A stretch of 44,116 bases of DNA from Myxococcota bacterium (GTDB taxonomy: Bacteria > Myxococcota_A > UBA9160 > UBA4427): positions 1-44,116 of the forward strand of contig JAYZFK010000011.1 of assembly GCA_036336835.1 (NCBI GenBank), written 5' to 3'. This document shows, piece by piece, positions 1 to 10,794 of this stretch; position 1 is the first letter of the stretch, and each line of letters begins with the position of its first letter. The notes under the pieces are model-generated. The model did no database searches. It had not been told where the DNA came from and was given only the letters and a program-made list of their open reading frames with translations. The position numbers and the translations under genes were made by a program.

Positions 1-163
1 GCTCCGGTGTCGGCAGCTGGATACCGGCGCGCTCATCCTTCGTGAAGAACAGCAAGGAGGGGAGGTCGATCAGATTGCCGGCCTGTCCGGGCGACGCAAG
101 GCCGAGAGCCAGGAGCAGGAATGCGAACCCTCTGCACTGCCGCTGGATGTACTGACTCACCAT
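1..163 (-). CDS. N-terminal part of a secreted protein of unknown function (runs off the window)
   Basis: Read by hand: ATG at 163 preceded by AGGAGAGG; MVSQYIQRQCRGFAFLLLALGLASPGQA|GNLIDLPSLLFFTKDE... is a Sec-type signal peptide; open to base 1. Not in the ORF track. Confidence 0.7.
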   Translation of the reverse strand, partial: MVSQYIQRQCRGFAFLLLALGLASPGQAGNLIDLPSLLFFTKDERAGIQLPTPE

Positions 164-459
164 CCTCTCCTACGAATTGCCACGCTGCCGATGTGTGCCT
201 GCACGCTCGAAATCCGCGGATCGAGAGCATTCCGCCGATCCACCCAGCTCAACTTCCATACATTGATCCGATAGGTGGCGAGGATGTCCTGGGCCGGGGC
301 AACCAGGCTACCACCCGACCGACTCGAAAAGCCAGCACCGTTTGGCTGGGAACGCGTATGCGTGCGCTCGATCACGCCCCACAAGGCTTTGGATTCACGG
401 GTAAATTCGCACGGCGATCGAGCCAGATCCGCTGGCATCCGTCAGCCGCAGGGTGGCTG

Positions 460-1833
460 TCACACCCCGTAGTAGCGGAGCCAAATCGCGTAGGAAGTCG
501 CCGCGAGACCCGCGCCCCAGCCGACCACGAGCCCCCATCCGGCAGCGGGCCGAAACTCTCGAAGCGTTGGGAGCGCAACCAGGCCAAGGGGCACGAACGG
601 CAGGAAGTAGCGGCCCTGAACCGCCGTCACCCGCGCGGCACCTGGCGGCGTTGCGGACACGTAGAGCAGCGCAACGATCGCCGCGGCACCGACGACCGCG
701 ACCAATCCCACGACAGCACGCGCGCGGCGGGCGAGCCGCGGAGCGCCGCTGCGGTCGGTCAACGCGACCACCGCCAGCAGCAGCCCGTAACCGAGGTAGG
801 CAGCAGAGGGCAACATCACGTCCAGCCGGCCCAGGACGCCGATCGTTCCCCGGACGTAGTCGAACGCGCGCTCGCCAAGCGAGGTCGCGATCACCCCGAG
901 CAGTCGCCAGGGCGCCCGACCGAGCCCCGCGAGCTGCTCGACCGGGTCCGCGTTCGGATACGGGAACGGGCCCGCCTGCTGCACACTCGCCCACCAGGCC
1001 CCAGGAACGACCACGCCCAGCGCAAGCGCCGCGGCGACGAAGCTGCGTCGCTGGCCTGCACGCTCGAAGCGATGAGTGCCAATCGCCAGCGTCAGCAAGG
1101 CAAGCAACGAGTAGCCGGGCTTGCCCAGACCGAGCAGCGCAACCACTCCGAGGATCGCAGCCAGCTCCCATCGCGTCGCCCGCTGGCTTGCCGACGAAGC
1201 TCCGCGCAGCACGAGGGCGAGCAGCAGCAACGCCAGCGCGTTCGTCACGGCGTCCCCAGAGACCGTACTGGCCTCGAACAGGGACATCGGCAACAGCGCG
1301 GCGCTAGCGAGTGCCCAGCGGCGCGCGGGCGCGCACCCGATGGCGAGCGCGCACAGACCCGTCCAGGTGATCAGATTGGCCAGCCGAGCGATATACAGGA
1401 CGCCACCGGCATTTACACCGAGCCAGCGAGCCGGCGCGAGCGCCAGGGCCTGCGGCAGGTAGCCGATGGGCCCGTACAGAATCGGCGTGCGGATCTCGTC
1501 GCTCGTTCGTTCGAGCGCGAGAGGGATCGCGAGCCGCGCGAGCAGCTCTTCACTGCGGTGGCGGCATCCGCTCGTCCCGTACGTGTAGGGAGGGTGCAGG
1601 CGCGTCAAGCTCGCGGGGATCGCTCCTCCGGTACCTCGCGCAGAGCCGGGGACCGCGATCCGGCCCTGCGACAACAGCCACGCGCGCTGCAAATGGCGAG
1701 GCTCGTCGGGCGCATCGAACGGAGGCGTCGCGAGCAGCCACAATGTGCCGAAGGCCAGCGCTAGCGCGGCGAAAGCGTGCGCTACGCGGGGCGGGCGCAG
1801 CTCTAGCAGACGCATCCGCCCACCCTGCGGCAT
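460..1833 (-). CDS. DUF2142-like multi-pass membrane protein (putative GT-C-fold glycosyltransferase)
   Basis: TPPFDAPDEPRH motif after TM1, YGPIGYLPQA, many TM helices, VQGRYFLP near the C-terminus. Start could be 1851, 1833 or 1815. Confidence 0.75.
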   Translation of the reverse strand: MPQGGRMRLLELRPPRVAHAFAALALAFGTLWLLATPPFDAPDEPRHLQRAWLLSQGRIAVPGSARGTGGAIPASLTRLHPPYTYGTSGCRHRSEELLARLAIPLALERTSDEIRTPILYGPIGYLPQALALAPARWLGVNAGGVLYIARLANLITWTGLCALAIGCAPARRWALASAALLPMSLFEASTVSGDAVTNALALLLLALVLRGASSASQRATRWELAAILGVVALLGLGKPGYSLLALLTLAIGTHRFERAGQRRSFVAAALALGVVVPGAWWASVQQAGPFPYPNADPVEQLAGLGRAPWRLLGVIATSLGERAFDYVRGTIGVLGRLDVMLPSAAYLGYGLLLAVVALTDRSGAPRLARRARAVVGLVAVVGAAAIVALLYVSATPPGAARVTAVQGRYFLPFVPLGLVALPTLREFRPAAGWGLVVGWGAGLAATSYAIWLRYYGV

Positions 1834-1883
1834 GTGACATCCCCCGCGCAAGGCATGCGACGCAGGCGGGTATCATCCGGTTC

Positions 1884-3272
1884 GTGACTCACTACGACCA
1901 GCCGGGCGGCCTGTCGCGCCGTCGGTTCTTGCAGGGCGTCCTCGCGGGGGGGGCGCTGGCAGCATCGTGCGAACTCGGCGGCCGAGGCTCCGGCCGGCCG
2001 CCGAACCTGCTGGTGCTGGTCGCCGACGATCAGCGGGCCGACTCGACCGGCTTCGGCGGCGGGCCGGTCGCCACGCCGAACCTCGACGCGCTGGCTGCCG
2101 AATCCGCCGTCTTCGACAACGCATTCGTCACGACCTCGGTGTGCGCCTGCAGCCGAGCGAGCCTGTTCTCCGGGCAGCCCCTGCGTCGGCACGGCATCCG
2201 CCATTTCGGCGCCCCGTTCACCCCGTCTGCGCTCGCGCGGAGCTACCCGGGTGCGCTTCGCAGCGCGGGCTACCACACTGGCTTCATCGGCAAATGGGGG
2301 CTGGGCGGAGCGCTGCCGGAGGATGCGTTCGACGTGTTCGATGGCTTCCCGCGACAGGGGAGCTACTTCCAGGAGATCGACGGTGAGCAGCGCCATCTCA
2401 CCGGGATGCTCGCCGACGCGGCAGTCGAGTTCATCGAGCAGGCACCCGCCAATCGGCCCTTCTGTCTGTCGCTCAGCTTCAAGGCGCCGCACGGACCCTG
2501 GGACGAGCACGCGCCCGAGCTCGCCGGAGCGTTCCGCGAGCTCGAGATCGAGCTCCCAGCCAGTGCATCGCTCGAAGCCGCGGATCGCCTGCCCGCGTTC
2601 CTGCAGCGTTCGCTCGGAGCCGAGGCAGGCCGGCGCTGGGTCGCCGAGCCGGATCGATTGCGGGCGCACATCCGAAACTACTATCGACTCGTCGCGGGGA
2701 TCGACCTCGCCGTCGGCACGCTGCGCGAGGCACTCGCCCGCCACGGGGCCAGTGACGACACGGCCATTCTCTACACATCCGACAACGGGCTCTTGATGGG
2801 TGAGCACGGCCTGATCGGCAAATGGCTGATGTTCGAGGAGTCGATCCGGGTGCCGATGCTGCTGCACCTGCCGGGCCAGGAGCCGAGACGGATCTCGCAA
2901 CCCGTGTTGAACATCGACGTCGCGCCGACCCTGCTCGATCTAGCGGGCCTCGATGTCGGCGACCTGATGCAGGGACGCAGCATCGCCGGCCTGGCGCGCG
3001 GTGAGCCGGCAGGCGCCTGGCGGGAAGACTGGCTCTACGAGCACGATCTCGACCCTGGCGCGGGATACCTCCCGCGCATCGAGGGGGTTCGAACGGATCG
3101 CTGGAAGTACGTCCGCTATCTCGATCCTGCCTCCAATGCGGAGTCGCTATTCGACCTCGCCGCGGACCCACTCGAGCTCGACGACCTCGCCGGTGCGCCC
3201 CTCCACCAAGACGTGCTCGAACGGCTGCGAGCGCGCTGGGGACAACTGCGAACGCAGGTCGGACCCAGCTGA
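1884..3272 (+). CDS. Sulfatase, Tat-exported, probable lipoprotein
   Basis: SRRRFL twin-arginine signal, LAASC, PNLLVLVADD, variant signature CACSRASLFSG, YTSDNG, GEHGLIGKW, NIDVAPT. GTG 1884 chosen as start. Confidence 0.9.
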   Translation: MTHYDQPGGLSRRRFLQGVLAGGALAASCELGGRGSGRPPNLLVLVADDQRADSTGFGGGPVATPNLDALAAESAVFDNAFVTTSVCACSRASLFSGQPLRRHGIRHFGAPFTPSALARSYPGALRSAGYHTGFIGKWGLGGALPEDAFDVFDGFPRQGSYFQEIDGEQRHLTGMLADAAVEFIEQAPANRPFCLSLSFKAPHGPWDEHAPELAGAFRELEIELPASASLEAADRLPAFLQRSLGAEAGRRWVAEPDRLRAHIRNYYRLVAGIDLAVGTLREALARHGASDDTAILYTSDNGLLMGEHGLIGKWLMFEESIRVPMLLHLPGQEPRRISQPVLNIDVAPTLLDLAGLDVGDLMQGRSIAGLARGEPAGAWREDWLYEHDLDPGAGYLPRIEGVRTDRWKYVRYLDPASNAESLFDLAADPLELDDLAGAPLHQDVLERLRARWGQLRTQVGPS

Positions 3273-3290
3273 ATCGATCCACCGGGCGTC

Positions 3291-4385
3291 TCATGATCTG
3301 GCCCTCATGATCTTCCTGCGGAACGCCTTGACGATCGGCAACCGGTCGAGCCAGGGAGAGGCGTCGGCGCGCGACTCGTCGAGCGGGTTCGCCGCGCCGG
3401 CGAAGCCCGCTGGAATCTGCGTGACCAGCTCGGGCGGGTCGACCGTCTCGTCCATGTAGTGGTACTCGTAGCCGGGAACATAGAGATCGTCGGCGGCGAC
3501 TACGTCGATGGTGCGCACACCGTAGGTCGACAGCTCGCTGGAGGTGGCCTGGGCGGGCACGATCCAGACGTTGCGCGGTCCCGCCATGAATTCGTACTGA
3601 ATCCGGCGGTTCGTCGACAAGATCCGGTAGCGGTCCACGCGGCCGCCGTAGAGCCGACTTCGGATCACGCTGTGGTGCAGGACACCGCGCCCCAGATCGG
3701 GCTCGAACCCCTTCGCGAAACGCAGCGACTCGGGCTGGCCGGCGCGGGTGAACCAGGCGACGCGCCGGCCTCCGTTCACGAGGTTGCGACGGTCCTCGCG
3801 TGCCCGGCGCCGCGGCGCGCTGAAGTCGTGGTAGGGATCGAGGCGCGCGTCGGGAGCGCGGCGCAGCACCAGGCCGAGCGCGGCAACGTCGGTCGGAATG
3901 CGTCTTGGACGGCGACACAGCTCCTCGAGCGCCGGCTGTACCTCGATCGGCAGATCCGTCGTCTGCTCGGCTGAGTACTCGATCTCTTCTCCATCCACGA
4001 TCGCAGTCGCGAGATCGCCCTTGCCGATCCAGTTCTCTCCCGCCGAGCGGACCCAGTGCGACGCCACGCGCCAGACGAGCGAGACGTCCTTGTAGAAGAT
4101 GCGCGGATGCACGGTGCGGCCGCCGCGCTGCGTTTCGACCCAGGCGACGAAGAAACGAATGTCGCTGTTCTGCCGCAGACTGCTCAGCCAGAAGCGCGCG
4201 TCGAACAGGTCGACCGCGTGCCGCGGGCCGTAGCCGGCAGTCAGCAGGCGCCGGGGGCGGCGGCGAGCCGTTCCCGCGGCGCGGATCTGCATCCCTCCAC
4301 GCAGCCGCAGCTCGAAGTCACGCGCAACCTGGCGTGGCGTCCGTTCGACGGGCGTGCAGCTCGACACGACGCGGCACGGGATCAC
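3291..4385 (-). CDS. Hypothetical protein (364 aa)
   Basis: Protein-like composition, fills the gap between two genes, TACGCT -10-like hexamer 6 nt before GTG; no family recognised. Confidence 0.75.
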   Translation of the reverse strand: MIPCRVVSSCTPVERTPRQVARDFELRLRGGMQIRAAGTARRRPRRLLTAGYGPRHAVDLFDARFWLSSLRQNSDIRFFVAWVETQRGGRTVHPRIFYKDVSLVWRVASHWVRSAGENWIGKGDLATAIVDGEEIEYSAEQTTDLPIEVQPALEELCRRPRRIPTDVAALGLVLRRAPDARLDPYHDFSAPRRRAREDRRNLVNGGRRVAWFTRAGQPESLRFAKGFEPDLGRGVLHHSVIRSRLYGGRVDRYRILSTNRRIQYEFMAGPRNVWIVPAQATSSELSTYGVRTIDVVAADDLYVPGYEYHYMDETVDPPELVTQIPAGFAGAANPLDESRADASPWLDRLPIVKAFRRKIMRARS

Positions 4386-4420
4386 AGGGCCAGCGTATCA
4401 CGCCGGCGCGCTGCCTCCGG

Positions 4421-5281
4421 TCAGGCTAGGTACGAGCTCAAGATGCTGCCGCGCGCGGGCGGATCGCCGTCGGTCTCGATGGCACGGTGGCGTTGGCGAA
4501 TCGGCTCGCGGAAGAGTTCATCCGTCTGGATCCAGAAACGACGCTCGACGATCGCCGCCAGCACCAGCTCGGCGACTTCGGCCGGTGGCTTGGCGGCCGC
4601 GAACGACGCCGAGACGAACTCGTGCAACGCGGGGTCCGGGGCCGCAGTTTCAACGTCGTCGGTCAGCTCCTTCGGACGGTTGCGCTCCGACTCGAAGATG
4701 CGTGTCGCGACCAGCCCGGGGCACAGACAGCTTGCCCCGACCTGCGAGCCCGCTTCGGCGAGCTCCGCGAACAGCGTCTCGGCGACCGCCGCGACGGCGT
4801 GCTTGCTGGCGTTGTAGGGACCCATGTTCGGATAAGAGGTGAGGCCCGCCACGGAGGACGTGATCACCACGTGGCCTTCGTCCTGCTCGATCAGCCCGCC
4901 CAGAAACACCCGCAGACCGTGGATCACGCCCCAGAGGTTCACGTCGAGGCACCATTTCCAGTCGTTGATCGAGAGCTGCTGCAGCGGACCGACACCGCCG
5001 CCTACCCCGGCGTTGAGGCAGACGACATGCGCCGCACCGAAGGCCGCGCGCGTCGCCTCAGCCAGGTGATCCATTGCCGTGGAGTCGGCCACGTCGGTCG
5101 GCACGAGCGAGACGGAGCCGCCGAGCGCCTCGATCCGGGCGCCGGCCTCGCGCAGCGCCTTCTCCTCGACATCCGCGATCACCACGTTCATGCCCTCGCG
5201 GGCGAAGCACTCCGCGAGCGCCAGTCCCATTCCGCTCGCACCACCCGTGACGACCGCCGTTTTGTCCTCGAAATCACGCAT
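4421..5281 (-). CDS. SDR family oxidoreductase
   Basis: TGGASGMG, NAG, YNASK; GGAG RBS before ATG 5281. Confidence 0.92.
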   Translation of the reverse strand: MRDFEDKTAVVTGGASGMGLALAECFAREGMNVVIADVEEKALREAGARIEALGGSVSLVPTDVADSTAMDHLAEATRAAFGAAHVVCLNAGVGGGVGPLQQLSINDWKWCLDVNLWGVIHGLRVFLGGLIEQDEGHVVITSSVAGLTSYPNMGPYNASKHAVAAVAETLFAELAEAGSQVGASCLCPGLVATRIFESERNRPKELTDDVETAAPDPALHEFVSASFAAAKPPAEVAELVLAAIVERRFWIQTDELFREPIRQRHRAIETDGDPPARGSILSSYLA

Positions 5282-5364
5282 GGTTCGCTCCAGGTTCGAC
5301 CGGGACCACACGTTGCGCCGAAGGTGCCGATTGTTCAAGGGCCGAGCTGGCATAATGCCGTGCC

Positions 5365-6813
5365 ATGAGTGAGCCCGGACCGCTGAGCCGCGACGAACGC
5401 GAGATCGCGAGCTGGGACGTCGAGTGCGATCTGCTGGTCGTGGGCTTCGGCATCGCGGGTGCGTGCGCCGCGATCGAGGGAGCGCAGGCCGGTATGCGGG
5501 TCCTTGTTCTCGAGCGCGCGGGCGGTGCCGGCGGGACGTCGGCGATGTCCGGCGGGCTGGTCTACCTGGGCGGAGGCACGCCGATCCAGAAAGCGTGCGG
5601 CTTCGAGGACTCGCCCGAAGAAATGTTCAAGTACATGATGGCAGCCTGCGGCCCCGATCCGGACGCGGCCCTGATCGGGCCCTATTGCGAGGGCAGCGTC
5701 GAACACTTCCACTGGCTCGTCGACAAGGGCATCCCGTTCCGGCCGAGCTTCTTCGAGGGAGCACACGAACCATTCACGACCGACGACGGACTCACCTTCT
5801 CGGGCAGCGAGCACGTCCACCCATTCAACGAGATCGCGCGCCCGGCACCGCGAGGCCACATTGCGCGGCAGGTCCAGAACAAGGGCAGTCTGTTGATGCG
5901 GCACCTGATCACCGCGGCCGAATCGGCGGGCGTCGCCACGCGGACGCAGCATCGTTGCGATGCGCTCGTCACGGCCGGCGACGGTTGCGTGGTAGGAGCC
6001 ATCGCGGCGAGCCTGGAAGGAGACGTTCGAATCCGCGCGCTTCGCGGCGTCGTGCTGACCACCGGCGGCTTCATCTGGAACCGCGAGATGGTCGAGCACC
6101 ACGCGCCACTGCTACAGCGCTGCAAGATGAAGGTCGGCACCGAGAACGACGACGGGCTCGGCATCCGGCTCGGTCTGGCCGCCGGCGGTGAGGCCATTCG
6201 GATGGAGGCCGGCGACATCAGCCTGGCGATCTTTCCGCCGAATCAGCTGCGCCAGGGCATCTTCGTCAATCGTCTCGGCCAACGATTCTTGAACGAAGAT
6301 GCCTACATGGGACGGGCGGGGGAGTTCGCCCTGCTCCAGCAGGACGGGCGGATCTGGCTGATCGTCGACGATGACGTGTACGCACAGCCGGAGCTGGCCC
6401 CGCTCGAGGTCGCTGCCGTTGGCGAGACGATCGCAGAGCTGGAAGCCGAGCTCGGTCTGCCGACGATGTCTCTGCAACACACGGTCGCCTACTACAACCG
6501 ACACGCCGAGCGTGGCGACGATCCGCTGCTACACAAGGGCTTCCAGTACCTGAAGCCACTCTCGACCCCACCATTCGCTGCGTTGGATGTCGGCGTGGAC
6601 AACGCGATCTACTCCGCCTTCACGCTGGGCGGTCTGCGAATCGACGCCGACGGTGCGGTGTTGCAGGCGTCCGGCGCGCCCGTTCCGGGCCTGTTCGCGG
6701 CGGGGCGCAGCACCTCGGGCATCGCCAAACAGGGCTACAGCAGCGGCATGTCGCTCGGCGACGGCAGCTTCTTCGGCCGGCGCGCGGGGCGGCGCGCCGC
6801 GCGCGGCGACTGA
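5365..6813 (+). CDS. FAD-dependent oxidoreductase, 3-ketosteroid dehydrogenase-like (FAD_binding_2; TesI/delta4-type resemblance)
   Basis: VVGFGIAGACAA, GGTSAMSGG, LTTGGF, GQRFLNED, FTLGGL, GLFAAG, YSSGMSLGDGSFFGR. Confidence 0.8.
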   Translation: MSEPGPLSRDEREIASWDVECDLLVVGFGIAGACAAIEGAQAGMRVLVLERAGGAGGTSAMSGGLVYLGGGTPIQKACGFEDSPEEMFKYMMAACGPDPDAALIGPYCEGSVEHFHWLVDKGIPFRPSFFEGAHEPFTTDDGLTFSGSEHVHPFNEIARPAPRGHIARQVQNKGSLLMRHLITAAESAGVATRTQHRCDALVTAGDGCVVGAIAASLEGDVRIRALRGVVLTTGGFIWNREMVEHHAPLLQRCKMKVGTENDDGLGIRLGLAAGGEAIRMEAGDISLAIFPPNQLRQGIFVNRLGQRFLNEDAYMGRAGEFALLQQDGRIWLIVDDDVYAQPELAPLEVAAVGETIAELEAELGLPTMSLQHTVAYYNRHAERGDDPLLHKGFQYLKPLSTPPFAALDVGVDNAIYSAFTLGGLRIDADGAVLQASGAPVPGLFAAGRSTSGIAKQGYSSGMSLGDGSFFGRRAGRRAARGD

Positions 6814-6831
6814 GCGGGCCGGACCCGGTGG

Positions 6832-7605
6832 CTAGCGTCCCGGTGCGAGCGCCTTGAGCAGCGGGCGCAGCCAGACCGACTGCACCAGCGGGTCGAGCCA
6901 GCGGTAGAGCCGGCCAGAGACCATGATCACACGGCCGCGTTCGACGGCGTCGAGCCCTTCGCGCACCACCGTAGCGGCGTCGTACCAGATGAAGCCCGGC
7001 AGGCCGCGCTTCATCTCGGCCAGATTGCCCACCTCGTGGAAATCGGTGTGCACGAAGCCGGGACACAGCGCCGATACATGGACTCCGGTACCCCGTAGCT
7101 CGAGCGCCAGCTCCTCGGACAGTGCGATCCCATACGCCTTCGAAGGGCCGTAGTTCGAGCCGGCCGGTCGCGCGATGCGCCCGGCGAACGATGACACATT
7201 GATCACGCGCCCAAATCCGCGCTCGCGCATCGGCGGCACGAATCGGTGACACATCTGCGCGATCGAGAGCATCATCAGCTCGAGAAAACGCGCCTGCACC
7301 TCCCAGTCGGGCTCTTCGAGCAGATGCGGCCCGGCACTGCCAGCGTTGTTGATCAGGTAGTCGACCGCGATTCCCTGCTCGCGCGCGTACGCTTCGATCG
7401 CGGCAGGCGCATCGCGCCGAGCGAGATCCGCACCGAAGGTCGCCGCCCGGACGCCGTGCTCCGCCTCGAGCGCGCCGGCGACTTCCTTCAGGCGATCTTC
7501 GCGGCGCGCGACCAGCAGCAGATCGAGCCCCTTCGCAGCCAGCTGTCGCGCGAACTCGACGCCGAGTCCCGCCGAGGCTCCTGTGATCAATGCCGTGCGT
7601 CGCAT
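6832..7605 (-). CDS. SDR family oxidoreductase
   Basis: TGASAGLG, NNAG, YGPSK; GGGAG RBS before ATG 7605; TATACT at 7630-7635 on the minus strand. Confidence 0.9.
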   Translation of the reverse strand: MRRTALITGASAGLGVEFARQLAAKGLDLLLVARREDRLKEVAGALEAEHGVRAATFGADLARRDAPAAIEAYAREQGIAVDYLINNAGSAGPHLLEEPDWEVQARFLELMMLSIAQMCHRFVPPMRERGFGRVINVSSFAGRIARPAGSNYGPSKAYGIALSEELALELRGTGVHVSALCPGFVHTDFHEVGNLAEMKRGLPGFIWYDAATVVREGLDAVERGRVIMVSGRLYRWLDPLVQSVWLRPLLKALAPGR

Positions 7606-7671
7606 GTACTCTCCCGCGTCCCTGCGATCAGTATAGGACCCATCTCGACGGTGAGCGTGTAGGCTCGCGGC

Positions 7672-8790
<1,119 letters not shown>

Positions 8791-8792
8791 GC

Positions 8793-9350
8793 GTGGCGCC
8801 GACGACACTGGAAGAGCTGCCCCAGACTGCTCTCTCGAGGCGGCTCGACAGCTTCCTGCTGGCACTCGAGAGCGCGGCTTCGTGGATCTGGCTGGTCCTG
8901 CTCGCGCTGATCGTGGTGAACGTCATCGCGCGCTACGCGTTCGACGAGGGGCGGATCGAATTCGAGGAGCTGCAGTGGCACCTCTACTCGATCGGCTTCC
9001 TGGTGGGCATCGCGGTCGGAGTCGGAGCGGACGTGCACGTGCGCGTCGACGTGCTGCGCGAGCACTTCTCGTTTCGGACCCGGAGCTGGATCGAGCTGTA
9101 CGGCCTGCTGTTGCTGCAGCTTCCGTTTGTGGCGCTCGTGCTCTTCTACAGCGTGCCCTTCGTGGCGCTGTCGTTCGCGAGCAGCGAGGTCTCGGTCTCG
9201 GCGGGTGGACTGCCCTACCGCTGGCTGATCAAGGGAGCGCTCCTGGCGGGCTTCGGACTGCTCGCGCTGGCGGGCTTCTCCCGTCTGCTGCGGGTGTGCG
9301 CGGCACTGTTCGGCGCCCCGACGCCTCTTCCCAGTCGCGAGGGGCGCTGA
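8793..9350 (+). CDS. dctQ: TRAP transporter small permease
   Basis: Four TM helices, ELQWHLY, HVRVD, GGLPYRWLIK; lies between dctP and dctM. Confidence 0.92.
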   Translation: MAPTTLEELPQTALSRRLDSFLLALESAASWIWLVLLALIVVNVIARYAFDEGRIEFEELQWHLYSIGFLVGIAVGVGADVHVRVDVLREHFSFRTRSWIELYGLLLLQLPFVALVLFYSVPFVALSFASSEVSVSAGGLPYRWLIKGALLAGFGLLALAGFSRLLRVCAALFGAPTPLPSREGR

Positions 9351-9353
9351 CCC

Positions 9354-10709
9354 GTGGAGCTGCGCGAGTGGCTCGCCATTGCGATGTTCGCCTCGTTCAT
9401 CGTGCTCATCTTCACGGGCTTTCCGGTCGCCTGGGTGCTCGGGGGCCTCGCGGTGCTCTTCACGGCACTGGCGATCATCGCCGAGCGCGATCTCGGCATC
9501 TTCACCAGCGTCGACTGGAGCTACGCGTCGCTCGTCGTCGATCGCAGCTGGGACGTGATGAACAACTGGGTGCTGGTGGCTCTACCGATGTTCATCTTCA
9601 TGGGCATCATGCTCGATCGGTCGCGCGTGGCGAGCGACCTGATGGTGGGCGTGTCGCGCCTGTTCGGGCGGGTGCGTGGCGGACTGGCCGTCACCGTGGC
9701 GATGATCGGCATGCTGCTGGCCGCATCGACCGGCATCATCGGCGCTTCGGTCGTGTTGCTGGCGCTGCTCGGGCTGCCGATCATGCTCGAGCGCGGCTAT
9801 TCGCCGTCGCTCGCTGCGGGAACTGTCTGCTCGGTGGGCACGCTCGGGATCCTGATTCCGCCGAGCATCATGCTGGTGCTGATGGCCGAGCGGCTCGCGC
9901 TGTCGGTCGGTGATCTGTTCCTCGGCGCATTCTTGCCGGGCGTGCTGCTGGGCGGGCTCTACATCGCGTACATCCTGGGCTACGCACTGTGGCGGCCCGA
10001 GGCCGCACCGATTCCGGAGGACGCGCCTCCCGTCGACCTGAGGGTCGTACTCGATGTAATGGTCGCCGTGGTTCCGGCAGCGGGACTCATCCTTGCGGTC
10101 CTCGGCAGTATCTTCTTCGGGATTGCGACGCCGACCGAAGCGGCCGGCGTGGGCGCGTTCGGCGCGACACTGCTCGCCGTGGGCAAGCGGCGCTTGTCGC
10201 TCGAGAGCATGCGCGATGTGCTGCGCGAGACGACCCGCACCACGGGCTTCATCTTCGCGATCTTCCTGGGCGCAACGGCGTTCTCGTTGGTACTGCGCGG
10301 GCTGGGGGGCGACCACCTGATCGAGCGCGCGCTCGTCGGGCTGCCCTTCCCGCCGGAGGGCATCCTGGTCACGATCCTGGCGGTCACCTTCCTGCTGGGC
10401 TTCTTCCTCGACTGGATCGAGATCACGCTGATCGTGCTCCCGCTGGTCGCGCCGGTGGTGGAGGGCCTGGGCTTCGACCTCGTGTGGTTCACCGTGATGT
10501 TCGCAGTGTGTCTGCAGACGTCGTTCCTGACGCCGCCGGTCGGCTTTGCGCTCTTCTATCTCAAGGGCGTAGCGCCTCCCGAGATCGACGTGAAGACGAT
10601 CTACCGGGGTGTCACACCCTTCATCGCGCTCCAGCTCCTGGGCCTCGTGATGCTCTTCTTCTGGCGAGAGCTCGTGACCTGGCTCCCCAGCATCGCCTAC
10701 GGCCCGTGA
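9354..10709 (+). CDS. dctM: TRAP transporter large permease
   Basis: ALPMFIFMG, ASTGIIGAS, GTLGILIPPS, ATPTEAA, SFLTPPVG. Confidence 0.95.
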   Translation: MELREWLAIAMFASFIVLIFTGFPVAWVLGGLAVLFTALAIIAERDLGIFTSVDWSYASLVVDRSWDVMNNWVLVALPMFIFMGIMLDRSRVASDLMVGVSRLFGRVRGGLAVTVAMIGMLLAASTGIIGASVVLLALLGLPIMLERGYSPSLAAGTVCSVGTLGILIPPSIMLVLMAERLALSVGDLFLGAFLPGVLLGGLYIAYILGYALWRPEAAPIPEDAPPVDLRVVLDVMVAVVPAAGLILAVLGSIFFGIATPTEAAGVGAFGATLLAVGKRRLSLESMRDVLRETTRTTGFIFAIFLGATAFSLVLRGLGGDHLIERALVGLPFPPEGILVTILAVTFLLGFFLDWIEITLIVLPLVAPVVEGLGFDLVWFTVMFAVCLQTSFLTPPVGFALFYLKGVAPPEIDVKTIYRGVTPFIALQLLGLVMLFFWRELVTWLPSIAYGP

Positions 10710-10794
10710 CCCTCGGGCAGAGCTCGCACCGGCGTCGGGGCCGCATGACCTAAGATCGGAGCGGCCCCAACGAGGGGAGCCGGGGAGGCAGCTG

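Noticed and set aside
176..205. Sigma-54-like GGCAC...GC upstream of the secreted-protein gene
   Set aside because: GG-to-GC spacing is 9 nt rather than the required 10.
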